Source: Gemmatimonadota bacterium
GTDB lineage: Bacteria; Gemmatimonadota; Gemmatimonadetes; Palauibacterales; Palauibacteraceae
Reading direction: 5' to 3'
Assembly (NCBI GenBank): GCA_039585235.1
Contig: JBDGWG010000007.1
Coordinates: 1-64,000, forward strand
DNA: 64,000 nt
In this document: positions 1-9,662 of the stretch, piece after piece
How positions within the stretch are numbered: position 1 is the first letter of the stretch
How the letters are laid out: each line of letters begins with the position of its first letter
Translations under genes and position numbers: made by a program
The notes under the pieces: generated by a model
What the model saw: the letters and a program-made list of their open reading frames with translations, nothing else
Told to the model about the DNA's origin: nothing
Database searches by the model: none

Positions 1-212
1 TCCTTCCCGAACCAGCTGCTCCGGTCAGGGCTCGACGGCCGGATTAGACGAGAGTACGGAAGTTAGGCGTGGGCCTCACTGAGCGCAGAGAGGCCCTGCC
101 AGGAATCGCTGCGGCCGACGTGTGACCGGTCCTGGCATGACGCTGGCGATATTGGCTTATGGTAGTAATCGGACGCCACAGACTTTCGAGCCCAAAGGAG
201 ACTCTTCGAGAC

Positions 213-974
213 ATGAGCGAGCTGGTCGGCGTTATTCCCGCGGCGGGAGCGGGCACGCGAGCCTACCCCTACACGGAAGCGATCCCAAAGGTAATGCTGG
301 AGGTTGATGGCAAGCCTCTCCTGCAGCTTAACCTGGAGCTCCTCAGGAACCAGGTCGGGGTCGAGCAGGTGTATGTGGTCGTGGGCCACCTCGGCGAGGT
401 CATTCGCGAATCGTTCGGTGATGGCAGGTCGCTGGGTCTCAGGATCCGCTACCTCCAGAACGAGGAGGTCGACCTGGGCCTCGCGCACTCGATCCGCCTC
501 GCCGGACGGGAGATCGCACCATCGGAAAGCCCCTGCGTCGTTCTGCTGGGCGACTCGTGCTACATCGGATCTGATCATGGGCAGCTTGGCAATCTGGACC
601 TGGAAGGCGCGACCGCCGCATGCGGCATCGTGAAGACCGAGATCCCGGCACTCATCACCGAGAACTATTCGGTCGAGCTCGATGGCCTGACCATCGTCCG
701 CATCGTGGAAAAGCCGAAGGACCCGCCGAACTCATGGCTGGGAACAGGCACTTACTATCTGACGCCCGCACTATTCCCTCATCTCGAGCGAGCTTTCGAA
801 GAGTCCGCGTCGCCGCCCGATTTTATGACGTTCCTCAACGAGCAGATCCGCGCCGGCCGGCCGGTGCGAGCTGTCGACCTCGGAGGCGAGTACGCCAACG
901 TCAACAGCCGCGACGAGCTGAACCGTGCCAATCTCCTGGTCCGCAACCGGGCCTTTCCGGAGAAACGGCCCTGA
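213..974 (+). CDS. sugar-phosphate nucleotidyltransferase (NTP_transferase family)
   Basis: ORF 159..974. The internal ATG at 213 is preceded by AAGGAGA. The N-terminal IPAAGAGTRAYP glycine-rich loop is typical of RmlA/GalU-like nucleotidyltransferases. Confidence 0.7.
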   Translation: MSELVGVIPAAGAGTRAYPYTEAIPKVMLEVDGKPLLQLNLELLRNQVGVEQVYVVVGHLGEVIRESFGDGRSLGLRIRYLQNEEVDLGLAHSIRLAGREIAPSESPCVVLLGDSCYIGSDHGQLGNLDLEGATAACGIVKTEIPALITENYSVELDGLTIVRIVEKPKDPPNSWLGTGTYYLTPALFPHLERAFEESASPPDFMTFLNEQIRAGRPVRAVDLGGEYANVNSRDELNRANLLVRNRAFPEKRP

Positions 975-1103
975 GTAAAGCAGCCGCGGGTTACATGGCT
1001 CCAGTCTGACTGGAACTCGTGCCATAGTGTGCAAGTCGCGACTATATTTGTTGGTGGTTTGACCAAGTCTTGCCGATCTCTTACTCACGCCGCGGGATTG
1101 CGG

Positions 1104-2123
1104 ATGGAACATCGTACTGAGCGGTTGAGCCCATCGTCTGACCGTGGTGCACGAGTGCTGCTGTTTTCCAGGCGTAATCTCAATCAGCACGTGTCTTGCT
1201 GCCATCGCTATGAATTCGAAGATGTGATCGCAGCGGCCGACAGAGTTGATCTCTTAGCACCGAACCGTCCAGGACAACAATCGGAAGGGCGCATTGTTCG
1301 CTACACCAAGAGGATCTTGCGGTCGAACCGCCCGTTGATCGATGGTGAGATCTACCTGAACCAGGAATACGAACTTTTTGTCGCAATGTGTCGCAGGCCG
1401 CGGGATTTGCGGTATGTCCAGCTTATCAATGGACTGCACGAGAAGTGTCGGTTCTCGGTTTGCCTGTTCGACGAAGTCTGGCCAGATGAGATCGCCATGT
1501 CGTCGCGCTCGGATCTTGAGGTTCTTCGCCGGTTCGACTGCGTCTTTCTGAATGTTATGGATGGTGTCGAACCCCTCAGGCAGTTCACAGAAAGACAGCC
1601 TCAGTTCATGCCGTATGGAGTCGATGCGGCAAGTTTCTGTCCGTATCCAGACAGTCCGACGCGGAGCATTGATGTCTTGAGTATGGGACGGCGGCCTGAG
1701 GGAATACACCGGGCACTCCTCGCCCGGGCCGAGCGCGCGGGAGATTTCTACGTATACGACACAGCAAGCAACTTTTCCGTGATCGATACTGGGGAGCATC
1801 GGCGCTTGCTCTCCAATATGATCAGGCGTAGTCGGTACTTCATCGCCTATCCGGGAAGGTTTGACCATGGCGTTCCGCAATTTCTTTTAGGCACTCGTTA
1901 TTTCGAAGGAGCTGCCGGAGGTGCCATTCTCCTCGGGATGGGACCAGCCAATACGCCCTATGAAGGATACTTCGATTGGCCTGACGCAGTGTTCCCCACG
2001 CCTGTGGATGGAAGCCAGATAGCAGAACTCATCGCCGACTTGGACAGGCAGCCCGCCAGGCTGGGCCGACTACGACAGAACTCCTGCGACACGATTGGAT
2101 TTACCGTTGGCGTCAGATTCTAG
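1104..2123 (+). CDS. CgeB-like glycosyltransferase (Glyco_trans_1_2-like C-terminus)
   Basis: ORF 1029..2123 (GTG at 1029, ATG at 1104). The C-terminal 'RYFEGAAGGAILLG' resembles the R.FEAAACGA motif of CgeB/GT1_2 proteins. The local GC is visibly lower than the rest of the window. Confidence 0.45.
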   Translation: MEHRTERLSPSSDRGARVLLFSRRNLNQHVSCCHRYEFEDVIAAADRVDLLAPNRPGQQSEGRIVRYTKRILRSNRPLIDGEIYLNQEYELFVAMCRRPRDLRYVQLINGLHEKCRFSVCLFDEVWPDEIAMSSRSDLEVLRRFDCVFLNVMDGVEPLRQFTERQPQFMPYGVDAASFCPYPDSPTRSIDVLSMGRRPEGIHRALLARAERAGDFYVYDTASNFSVIDTGEHRRLLSNMIRRSRYFIAYPGRFDHGVPQFLLGTRYFEGAAGGAILLGMGPANTPYEGYFDWPDAVFPTPVDGSQIAELIADLDRQPARLGRLRQNSCDTIGFTVGVRF

Positions 2124-2363
2124 AGGCTGTCGGTCTTTCAGTTTCGCGAGGAATACTCGAAAGGGAGGAACGGCTCAAGGATTTAGCGGACCTGGTTGGT
2201 AGGGAATCCGTCGAACGTCAGTGCCTTACCTGACACCGTCAGTCCCTCCGCGCAATTATCGTCGACCCGCGCTCACCTGCCGCCATACGGTCGGCGACTC
2301 GCCCATACGCTTCCCGGAGCCGCCCCGCCCCTCCGGGCCTTGACCCCAGGAGGCCATATTGTT

Positions 2364-2393
2364 ATAGTACAATAGTACACTAGATGTCTAGAT
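2364..2393. promoter_or_regulatory. candidate GntR operator: tandem ATAGTACA-ATAGTACA followed by CTAGAT-gt-CTAGAT overlapping the start codon
   Basis: Perfect 8-nt tandem direct repeat at 2364..2379 and 6-nt direct repeat at 2380..2393, read directly from the sequence. It overlaps the ATG (2384) of the GntR gene. Confidence 0.35.
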
Positions 2394-2812
2394 CATCCGG
2401 TCACCTCGAGCAAGGGCGAAAGGCCAGGCGGCACGTGGGTTTTCGGATCGATACGAAGAGCGGCGTCCCCTTCTACCGGCAGATCATCGAGCAGGTGAAG
2501 TTCGGCATCGCCCGGGGGGACCTGCAGACGGGCAATCAGCTCCCCACGGTCCGCCAGCTGGCCGTCGACCTCTCCATCAACCCCAACACCGTCATCCGTG
2601 CCTACCGCGAGCTCGAGATCGAGGGGGTGATCGACACGCACCAGGGCTCCGGCACCTTCGTCGGCAACCGGAAGCCCCGGGTCGACGAGCTCGAGCGGCA
2701 ACGGATGCTCGACCAGATACTCACCGAACTGCTGGCGCGCGCTTCGGGCTACGGCTTCACGCTAAACGAAGTGCTGGAGGGGTTGCGCCAGAGGAAGGAG
2801 TCAGGATCTTGA
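2384..2812 (+). CDS. GntR-family transcriptional regulator (HTH only, short)
   Basis: 'VPFYRQIIEQVKFGIARGDLQTGNQLPTVRQLAVDLSINPNTVIRAYRELEIEGVI' is a canonical GntR winged-HTH. Confidence 0.8.
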   Translation: MSRSSGHLEQGRKARRHVGFRIDTKSGVPFYRQIIEQVKFGIARGDLQTGNQLPTVRQLAVDLSINPNTVIRAYRELEIEGVIDTHQGSGTFVGNRKPRVDELERQRMLDQILTELLARASGYGFTLNEVLEGLRQRKESGS

Positions 2813-3957
2813 GTCGGCTCAATCGCACATCCGAATCACGGAGCTTGCCGGGCATCTCGTTCGAGAGGTTCGCGACAGGGCTCCGCGCCGACTTCCGCTT
2901 CGCGCCGGTCAACGCGCTGCTGCTGGTGCTGATCTATGTGGCCGGCCTCATCGTCCACTTGAGCCTCTACCCGTTCTCGGTCATCGCCGTCGAGCTGGCG
3001 CTGGGCTCGGCCGTGGTGCTGGCGATTCTGCTACGGCTGACCCAGGTCTGGGAGGCGGCTGTCTTACTGGGGACCGCCGATGCGCTGGTGATCTTCCTGC
3101 AGCTGCGGCCGGAGAGCGAGGCGCTGCTCATCACCGCGGTTGTGGCGATGTTCGTCGCCCCGTCGGTGCAGATCGCCTACCAGTGGGAGCGCGCCGTGAT
3201 CCTGCGCTTGGGCCGCTTCAAAGCGCTGCGCGAATCGGGCCCGTTCTTGATCGTTCCGATCGTCGACAAGGTGGCGCAATTCGTCGATCAGCGCGTTCGC
3301 GTCAGCGACTTCAGCGCCGAGACGACGCTCACCGCCGACACCGTTCCGGTGAACGTCGACGCCATTGCCTTCTGGATGGTCTGGGACGCGCAGAAAGCGG
3401 TGCTCGAGGTCGAGCATTTCGAAGACGCGGTCATCATGTCGGCGCAGACGGCGCTTCGGAACGCCATCGGCAAGAACGACCTGGCCGACCTGCTCTCCGA
3501 GCGCGACCGCCTGGGCCACGAGGTCCAGAAGGTCCTCGACGAGAAGACCAGCGGCTGGGGGATCACCACCCAGGCCGTCGAGATCCGCGACATCATCATT
3601 CCGAAGGGTCTCGAGGACGCGATGTCGCGGCAGGCGCAGGCCGAGCGCGAGCGGCAGAGCCGAATCATCCTCGGCACGGCCGAGACCGAGATCGCCGAGA
3701 AGTTCGCCAGCGCTTCCGAGCACTACCGCAACAACCCGGTCGCCCTTCACCTGCGCGCCATGAACATGGTGTACGAGGGGCTGCGGCAGAAGGGCTCGAT
3801 GATCATCGTGCCGTCGACGGCGGTGGAAACCATGGGGCTCGGCGCGCTGGGCGGCCTGACCGCCTTCGGGCAGGGCATCGACGGGGCTCAGGCGGCGAGC
3901 GTGCCCGCTGGGGGCGGCGCGGACGACGCGCCGACGGCGAGCCCCGAGAGCTCTTAG
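2809..3957 (+). CDS. SPFH/band-7 (stomatin/prohibitin-like) protein with N-terminal polytopic membrane extension
   Basis: 'ILRLGRF...GPFLIVPIVDKV...VRVSDFSAETTLTADTVPVNVDAIAFWMVWD' is an SPFH core. The start ATG overlaps the GntR stop (ATGA-type coupling). The N-terminal ~120 aa are hydrophobic. Confidence 0.8.
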   Translation: MSRLNRTSESRSLPGISFERFATGLRADFRFAPVNALLLVLIYVAGLIVHLSLYPFSVIAVELALGSAVVLAILLRLTQVWEAAVLLGTADALVIFLQLRPESEALLITAVVAMFVAPSVQIAYQWERAVILRLGRFKALRESGPFLIVPIVDKVAQFVDQRVRVSDFSAETTLTADTVPVNVDAIAFWMVWDAQKAVLEVEHFEDAVIMSAQTALRNAIGKNDLADLLSERDRLGHEVQKVLDEKTSGWGITTQAVEIRDIIIPKGLEDAMSRQAQAERERQSRIILGTAETEIAEKFASASEHYRNNPVALHLRAMNMVYEGLRQKGSMIIVPSTAVETMGLGALGGLTAFGQGIDGAQAASVPAGGGADDAPTASPESS

Positions 3958-4275
3958 GGCGCAGCGTACAGGGGAGCGACTGCCTGAGCGACGGATCCGG
4001 GAGCTCCGGCCCGATCCGTCGTTTGCCCCTGCAAGTTGTAGATGCGGTGCCACAGAGTGCCGGTGTGCCGCAACGGAATCGGGTAACCAGGCGCCTCGCC
4101 CGTAACGCTATATCTAATTACACGACAGATTATTACAGAGTTGTCACCGACCGCTGACCCTTGGCACAGCGCTGGCGGCGAATGGTCATGTTCGGCGGGT
4201 GAGCGGGCTACCTGTCCGCCCATCCCGGCCACAACGGTCATCCGGATGATCCGGGCAACTCATCGGGGAACAGCG

Positions 4276-4755
4276 ATGCCGCAGACTATCCCGGCGGGCG
4301 TATTCTGGATCGACGATTTCGAGACCCTCGAAGTCGACCCTGCTGAGCGGTTGGTCCTTGCCCGGCGGTATATGCCGTTGCCTGCCGCATTTCGGGAAGC
4401 GGCAACGGCGCTCCGCGCCCTGATACGGGCAAGCTCCAAACAGCAGGCTGACGGCGGCGACCTGCTAGCGCAGCTGTACCTTACTGCTGCACAAGGTAAT
4501 TTCCTGCTGACCACGCCCTACGTGGCCGGCGTAGGCCCGTGTTACGACGTCGCTGCCTCCATTCCCCGAACCGTCTGGGAGCGCCTGTCCATGCCGTACG
4601 CGGCCATCGGGTACAAGCACCTGCAGTTGCTGACCTGGACGGACTGCAGCTGGTTGGTGGCGGCGTGGGGCGAACCGGACACTCACTCATCGGCCCGGGC
4701 ATACCACCAGTCCGTGTGGGATGATTGCGTGGCGCAATACAGCCGTACCTACTGA
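4276..4755 (+). CDS. hypothetical protein
   Basis: ORF 4141..4755 with diverse, non-repetitive composition. Internal ATG at 4276 (MPQTIPAGVFW...). No recognisable domain. Confidence 0.3.
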   Translation: MPQTIPAGVFWIDDFETLEVDPAERLVLARRYMPLPAAFREAATALRALIRASSKQQADGGDLLAQLYLTAAQGNFLLTTPYVAGVGPCYDVAASIPRTVWERLSMPYAAIGYKHLQLLTWTDCSWLVAAWGEPDTHSSARAYHQSVWDDCVAQYSRTY

Positions 4756-5013
4756 ACGGGGGTTCGCGACCTGAGCGATCGCTCGGCGCTGAACACCGAT
4801 TTCCACATCCATGAGCCTCGACCAGTTCCTCGGAGGGATCCGGGATAACCTCCAGCGCGCTTTCGCCAGAAGCTTGCAAAATCTCTGTTCCGCGGGACTA
4901 CTTGAGCCCGGGATCGACTCATCCTTCGGCGCCGCCCGGCGGGACGGTGGCCTCCTCTGTATATTGACGGTGCCCCCGCAGCGGCCACCTCATCCTCTGA
5001 TGGAGATAGAGCG

Positions 5014-5202
5014 ATGAAACCAGCGACAACCATCGGGGTCTTCCTCCTCGCGCTGATCGCCTTCGGGCATTTACTGCGGGTGGTTTTCAGTTGGGGCCTC
5101 GTCATCAACGAGCAGGTCATTCCGATGTGGCCAAGTGTGCTGGTCATCGTCGTGTTTGGCACACTGTCGGTGCTGATCTACCGGGAATCATGCAGAGGCT
5201 GA
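5014..5202 (+). CDS. small 2-TM membrane protein (hypothetical)
   Basis: 62-aa ORF with two hydrophobic helices, in a gene-poor stretch. Confidence 0.25.
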   Translation: MKPATTIGVFLLALIAFGHLLRVVFSWGLVINEQVIPMWPSVLVIVVFGTLSVLIYRESCRG

Positions 5203-5235
5203 GGTTTCACGACTCGTCGACATGAGCGTCGCGCA

Positions 5236-5451
5236 ATGCTCCGAAAGAGTTTCGCCCTCGTCGTTGCGGCTGCGGGCATAATGCTCGCCTTCTCATTTCT
5301 CGCCGCGGACGCGATCGGGCTTGGAGGCAGTCCAGGCTTCGGCTTCCGGCAAATTCTCGGGGCCACGACCGGCCTTCTCCTCATCGCGGTGGGGATCGCG
5401 GCGTGGCCCAAAGCGGATGATGTCCGTCACGACGATATCAGACCTGAGTGA
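5236..5451 (+). CDS. small 2-TM membrane protein (hypothetical)
   Basis: 71-aa ORF with two hydrophobic helices separated by a Gly-rich loop. Confidence 0.25.
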   Translation: MLRKSFALVVAAAGIMLAFSFLAADAIGLGGSPGFGFRQILGATTGLLLIAVGIAAWPKADDVRHDDIRPE

Positions 5452-5751
5452 TACCGCTTTGCCCGGTTGACGTGTTTTGTTTTGAATGCATCATAGGGAT
5501 GCGGGCCCCAACTGCTCGGCGCCCGTAGCATGGAGCTGCGAGCCATCGGCTCGCACCCTGCCGCTATCGTCTGGTAGCCAGCCGAGCGAGGCTCGTTGGA
5601 GCGGGGAAGTCGTCATGGCTTCCCCGTTTCTTACCGATTCGCCTCCTGCCAGGCGTTTGCGATCCGCTCACTCTGAGCGCAGCGCCCGCCAGGCCGGCTT
5701 CCCAAAGACGACCAGGCAGGCCACGTCGACGTCGTCTACTCGGTCGGAGAT

Positions 5752-6228
5752 GTGACCGCCGGCACGGCCGACTCGCTATACCTGCGAGCGCGTGCGACGA
5801 CGGATACCACGACGTCCGACACGGGCTTCGCTGACGTGCTGGTCGTGCGCCCGAACATCACCATCTCGAAGCTGGTGAACCCGAACGGCACTCAGCCCCC
5901 GGGAACCGACCTTACGTACACGGGCACGATGACCAATGCGGGCACGGAGGCCGCGGTGGGCGCATCTTCGGTGAGCTCGATCGCTCCGGAGACCGAATTC
6001 AAGGTGGGGAGCGTCGTGACCTCGTTCCCAGCGGGCATCACCGTGACGGTCGAGTACTCCGACGACGATGGCTCGAGCTGGACCTACACTCCCGCCGACC
6101 AGGCGTGCAGCGCGCCTGCAGGTTATGACGGTTGTGTGACCAACATCCGGTGGGCCCTTCAGGATCCGCTGCCCTCGAGCGCGCCCGACAACGTGGGGAC
6201 CATGGAGTACGTCGCGCGGATCAAGTAG
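5752..6228 (+). pseudogene. DUF11 (conserved repeat domain) protein fragment: single repeat unit, GTG start, no N-terminal or signal region
   Basis: 'RPNITISKLVNPNGTQPPGTDLTYTGTMTNAGTEAAVGASSV' matches the DUF11 repeat pattern (D..I.K......G..VTYTITVTNNG). The reading frame is open only from 5677. The upstream frame has no convincing protein sequence. Confidence 0.4.
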
Positions 6229-6367
6229 GGCTGGCATCCCCGCCGAGACCTTCCTCCAATCCCTCTCCTCGCGAGGCGCGCGGGAACTGTCCGAAGTACG
6301 ATCCCGTTCTGAGGACGGAGCATCTCTCGGCTAGATCGGGCCCCGGGGCAACGCGAGGTGACAGACC

Positions 6368-6880
6368 ATGGACTATGCGAGAACGCTGTGGAGTCGCTCA
6401 CCGTGGATCCTCGCGGCAGCGCTCGTCGGAGCAGGAGCCTTCGTACTCGCCCAGGTTCTCGGCGGTTTCCCAACGCACATCGCGGATTTCATGGGTGCGC
6501 AGGTCGTCAGTCGCGGCGGCTACTCCGAATCTCTCCAGGGCGTCATCGGGTGGGGAGTCCACCTCGGAGTTTCGATCGGCTACGCCACGCTGTTCGCCGC
6601 CCTCGCCCTGCTTCCGTTCGTTTCCCAGCGTCGGCCCGAGCGATGGGCCCATGGGCTGGCCCTCGCCGGGGTACTGGCGGTAGGCTCGACCCTGCTCACG
6701 GTACCTGCGATCAGCATCACCGTCAGCGTGCTGGCCGGGCAGGGGCTCCCGGGAGAACTCCCGGGGCTGAATGCAACGTGGGGATTCGTTCTGTGGAACC
6801 ACGTCGCCTTCTTCGTCATCTGCTGGGCCTTGATCCTGGTTGTGCCAGATCTGTTGTCGGATCGGGAGCCTCCCGCCTAG
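6368..6880 (+). CDS. polytopic membrane protein (hypothetical, ~4 TM)
   Basis: 170-aa ORF with four clear hydrophobic segments. It is preferred over the antisense Arg-rich ORF 6398..7567. Confidence 0.4.
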   Translation: MDYARTLWSRSPWILAAALVGAGAFVLAQVLGGFPTHIADFMGAQVVSRGGYSESLQGVIGWGVHLGVSIGYATLFAALALLPFVSQRRPERWAHGLALAGVLAVGSTLLTVPAISITVSVLAGQGLPGELPGLNATWGFVLWNHVAFFVICWALILVVPDLLSDREPPA

Positions 6881-8706
6881 TACCGCCTCACGAACCCGAC
6901 ACGCAGGATCTGTCCGACCAGCGGCGTGAGCGGCGGCATCAGTGCTGGATCGCGGAACCGGGTGTCGAATTTCCAGTCCCGTATCGGCGGACTGTAGTAC
7001 CAGCAACAGGCCCACGGCCCCTGCGTCACCTTCGGATACCACAGGGAGACGTACGACCCGAGCAGGGTCAGCGTCTGGCCGCTCCATTTCTCGAGAAAGC
7101 GCGGAAAGTTCTCGAACTGCCCGCCACCCACGGCCGCGCCCGGGAACGGAGTTGGGGAGTGCCCCGACAGAATCGCCGCGTTGATGGTGGTTTGAGTCGG
7201 CGCTAGCTCCGTCGCTCCCTCGCCACTCTGGTTGTCCTGCCAGGTGTTGGAGAGGATCGTGATCGCGTCGGATACCAGGGAGGCCGGCTTCCACTTCCCG
7301 GCGTAGTTGTTGAAGTCGTCCTTGACGTACAGCGGCAGATTGGTGGCGACCGAAAGTGGCTTCTTGAGCCTGTTGCCGTTCTGCACTCTTACCACGTACT
7401 GCTGCATGCAGCCGGGCACCGTGCCGCCTGGGCCCACCGAGTCGGCGGTCACGTAGAACACTCCGTCCCCGTACTCGTCCTTGAGGATTCGGTTCAGCCG
7501 GATTCGGATCACGTCGCGGTTCGAGTTCGAGTATGTGGCGGCCGTGCCGCTGCACATGGTGTTCCATTCGGCCACGTCGTCCGGATCGACGAGCGATCCG
7601 CTTCCGTTGTCCGCGGCAGTGGAAGATTGCTCCCGGTCGTCGTAGAACCGATTGACCAGGAACGTGACGGCCGTGGGGTCGTCCAGCGTCACAGGCACCC
7701 CGACGCCGTCGGTCACTTCCACGGTTCCGGCGCGGACCTTGAACACGAGGTCCGCGTTACAGGCGTACTTCATGGGCTGTAGCTCGGCGGACTCCGTTCC
7801 GGTGCACGGCTCGATGAGAGAGTAAGGATCGATGCCGTCCGGCACGGGGATTGTCAGCGGCTCGATGCCGCTGGCCCGCGTCTGGAGCATGTGGTCCCAC
7901 TTCGAGACGGAGTAGTCGTCGAACGACTCGTCCTGAGCGGCCGACGGAAATGTGACCGGGTCATCGTCGCCGCCGTAGTTGTGCGTGTCCCTCCTGAGCT
8001 CTTCCCAGTTGGAGTCGGTCTTCATCACGTAGTTATTCTTGCCGTCACTCGCACCCAGCGCCTTCCGATGCAGGTGCAGGTCGCCGGCCGCCGTAACCAT
8101 CTCGTGGAAGTACAGTCCCGATCCACCGTCCACGTACAGTTCGCCGTTGGTGTGGACGCGGCCCTCGAAGTTCATGATCGGACCCGGCAGGACTTCGAGA
8201 TCCTCGTCGTAGAACAGGCCGAACTGGAAAATCGGCATGGTCTGAACGCGCGCCGTGAGTGTGATCGCCGCGCGCGAATCCGCGGGTCCCTCAACCGCGG
8301 ACGCGACCAGAAGATCCCGGTCCAGGCTCACCAGGCCGGCCCAGGTGCCCTGCGTGACCGAGCGCGTCGTGACGGTGGTACTCAGGTTCGCGTCATACTC
8401 GGTGAACGTGAAACCCTTAATGGTCGGCGGAGTGGGGTCGATCGTGGCAATCGAAGTAACGGTGATCAGGCCCTCGTCCATCTTCTTCCGGACGGCCGCG
8501 AGCAGGTTTTCGGCTCCGGCCTCGGCCGCGTAGTAGGCCCGTGTGTTGACCGAGGCGTTGGCTCCGATCCTCTGGTCTACCCTGCTGTTGGCGTGGGCAA
8601 CGACCACCAGGCCCGTGAGGGCCCCGAGAATGAGCAGAACCGCGACCAGCGCATAACCCGAATCGTTACGGAGCGTCTTGGAGTATCCCATCATTTCGAG
8701 CCTCAT
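6877..8706 (-). CDS. pilX: type IV pilus assembly protein PilX-like, unusually large (~610 aa)
   Basis: Start ATG at 8706 overlaps the PilW stop (ATGA). The N-terminus 'MMGYSKTLRNDSGYALVAVLLILGALTGLVVV' resembles the PilX N-terminal domain. It is last in a minor-pilin operon. Confidence 0.6.
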   Translation of the reverse strand: MRLEMMGYSKTLRNDSGYALVAVLLILGALTGLVVVAHANSRVDQRIGANASVNTRAYYAAEAGAENLLAAVRKKMDEGLITVTSIATIDPTPPTIKGFTFTEYDANLSTTVTTRSVTQGTWAGLVSLDRDLLVASAVEGPADSRAAITLTARVQTMPIFQFGLFYDEDLEVLPGPIMNFEGRVHTNGELYVDGGSGLYFHEMVTAAGDLHLHRKALGASDGKNNYVMKTDSNWEELRRDTHNYGGDDDPVTFPSAAQDESFDDYSVSKWDHMLQTRASGIEPLTIPVPDGIDPYSLIEPCTGTESAELQPMKYACNADLVFKVRAGTVEVTDGVGVPVTLDDPTAVTFLVNRFYDDREQSSTAADNGSGSLVDPDDVAEWNTMCSGTAATYSNSNRDVIRIRLNRILKDEYGDGVFYVTADSVGPGGTVPGCMQQYVVRVQNGNRLKKPLSVATNLPLYVKDDFNNYAGKWKPASLVSDAITILSNTWQDNQSGEGATELAPTQTTINAAILSGHSPTPFPGAAVGGGQFENFPRFLEKWSGQTLTLLGSYVSLWYPKVTQGPWACCWYYSPPIRDWKFDTRFRDPALMPPLTPLVGQILRVGFVRRY

Positions 8707-9662
8707 TCGAGGTTCCGCGAGTAGAGCGGATTGCGTGGGGTAGCGCGAACGGAATACTCGCGTTCGTAGACTCCTCCGCCCGCCAGATTCCGATCCGTGC
8801 GCCACGCCCTGGCCTTGAGGTAGGCGCGCACGGTGAAGATGTCGTCGTAATCGTTCGTCGCGTCCGTGTCTTTGCTCGAGGCCTCAGGCGCGACGCCTCC
8901 GTCCCCGAACACGAGCTCGGTCTGGAAATCGACGATGCCTTCCGCGATCGGAGGACCGACCCACTTCCCACTCTCCTGGCGCGTTGCTCGTACCAGTACG
9001 GGGGTCGGCCCGTCTGTGTTGATGAAGTACACTGCGACGTTGACCCTGTGGGCGGCCGCCCCGTCCTTGTTGGCCCTGAGCTTCCAGCCGTGCGGTCGAG
9101 CCGCGGCCGTGACGCCCAGCACGACGTGGCCGATATCGGCGTCGGGGTCCACGGGCGGACAGCTGACCCCCGTCTCGTTTCGCGTCACCGAGTTCACGAT
9201 CGCGAGACCTCGGGTCGGACCGCGCGCCAGGTGCAGGAGGGTCCCCGCCCGGACGTCCAGTACCGAATCGGCGCACGTGAGGTTGAGCAGGATCTCCTTG
9301 AGCGGGTCGCCCGTCGGCTCCAGGACCTGGTGCACTGCGGTGCCCGCGTCCGAACGTACGATGAACAGTGTATCCGGCGCGCCCGAGCTGCCATCGGCCG
9401 TGGAGACGACCGCAAACTTGGCCGTGGGATCGAGCCCCTCACCCGCCTCCAGTATCTCCCGTGTCAGCATGTCCACCGCATAGCGGGCGTTCTGGTGCAC
9501 TTCGGTACGAATGGACGTGGCCCTCTCGTTCTTCATGAACGAGTCGAAGAGCGACAAGGCGGCTCCGACGACGAGAGAGCTGATGGTGATGGTCATCAGC
9601 ATTTCCACGAGTGTGAAGCCATTTCGCGGCTTCGCGGGAGCGTCGATGTCTCTCGGCATCAT
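8703..9662 (-). CDS. pilW: type IV pilus minor pilin PilW-like
   Basis: ATGATG at 9662..9657 gives 'MMPRDIDAPAKPRNGFTLVEMLMTITISSLVVGAALSLF', a class-III signal/N-methylation motif (G|FTLVE). The long N-terminal part of ORF 8703..10094 is antisense overprint. Confidence 0.75.
   Translation of the reverse strand: MMPRDIDAPAKPRNGFTLVEMLMTITISSLVVGAALSLFDSFMKNERATSIRTEVHQNARYAVDMLTREILEAGEGLDPTAKFAVVSTADGSSGAPDTLFIVRSDAGTAVHQVLEPTGDPLKEILLNLTCADSVLDVRAGTLLHLARGPTRGLAIVNSVTRNETGVSCPPVDPDADIGHVVLGVTAAARPHGWKLRANKDGAAAHRVNVAVYFINTDGPTPVLVRATRQESGKWVGPPIAEGIVDFQTELVFGDGGVAPEASSKDTDATNDYDDIFTVRAYLKARAWRTDRNLAGGGVYEREYSVRATPRNPLYSRNLE

Noticed and set aside
63-578. 171-aa minus-strand ORF
   Set aside because: It is antisense to the well-supported nucleotidyltransferase gene.
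3064-4157. Overlapping 320-330-aa ORFs on both strands across the SPFH gene
   Set aside because: They are Arg/Gly/Pro-rich low-complexity translations typical of high-GC antisense frames. The SPFH reading has clear domain support.
6398-7567. 389-aa minus-strand ORF
   Set aside because: It is an Arg-rich, low-complexity antisense frame. It overlaps both the membrane-protein gene (6368..6880, +) and the PilX 3' end.
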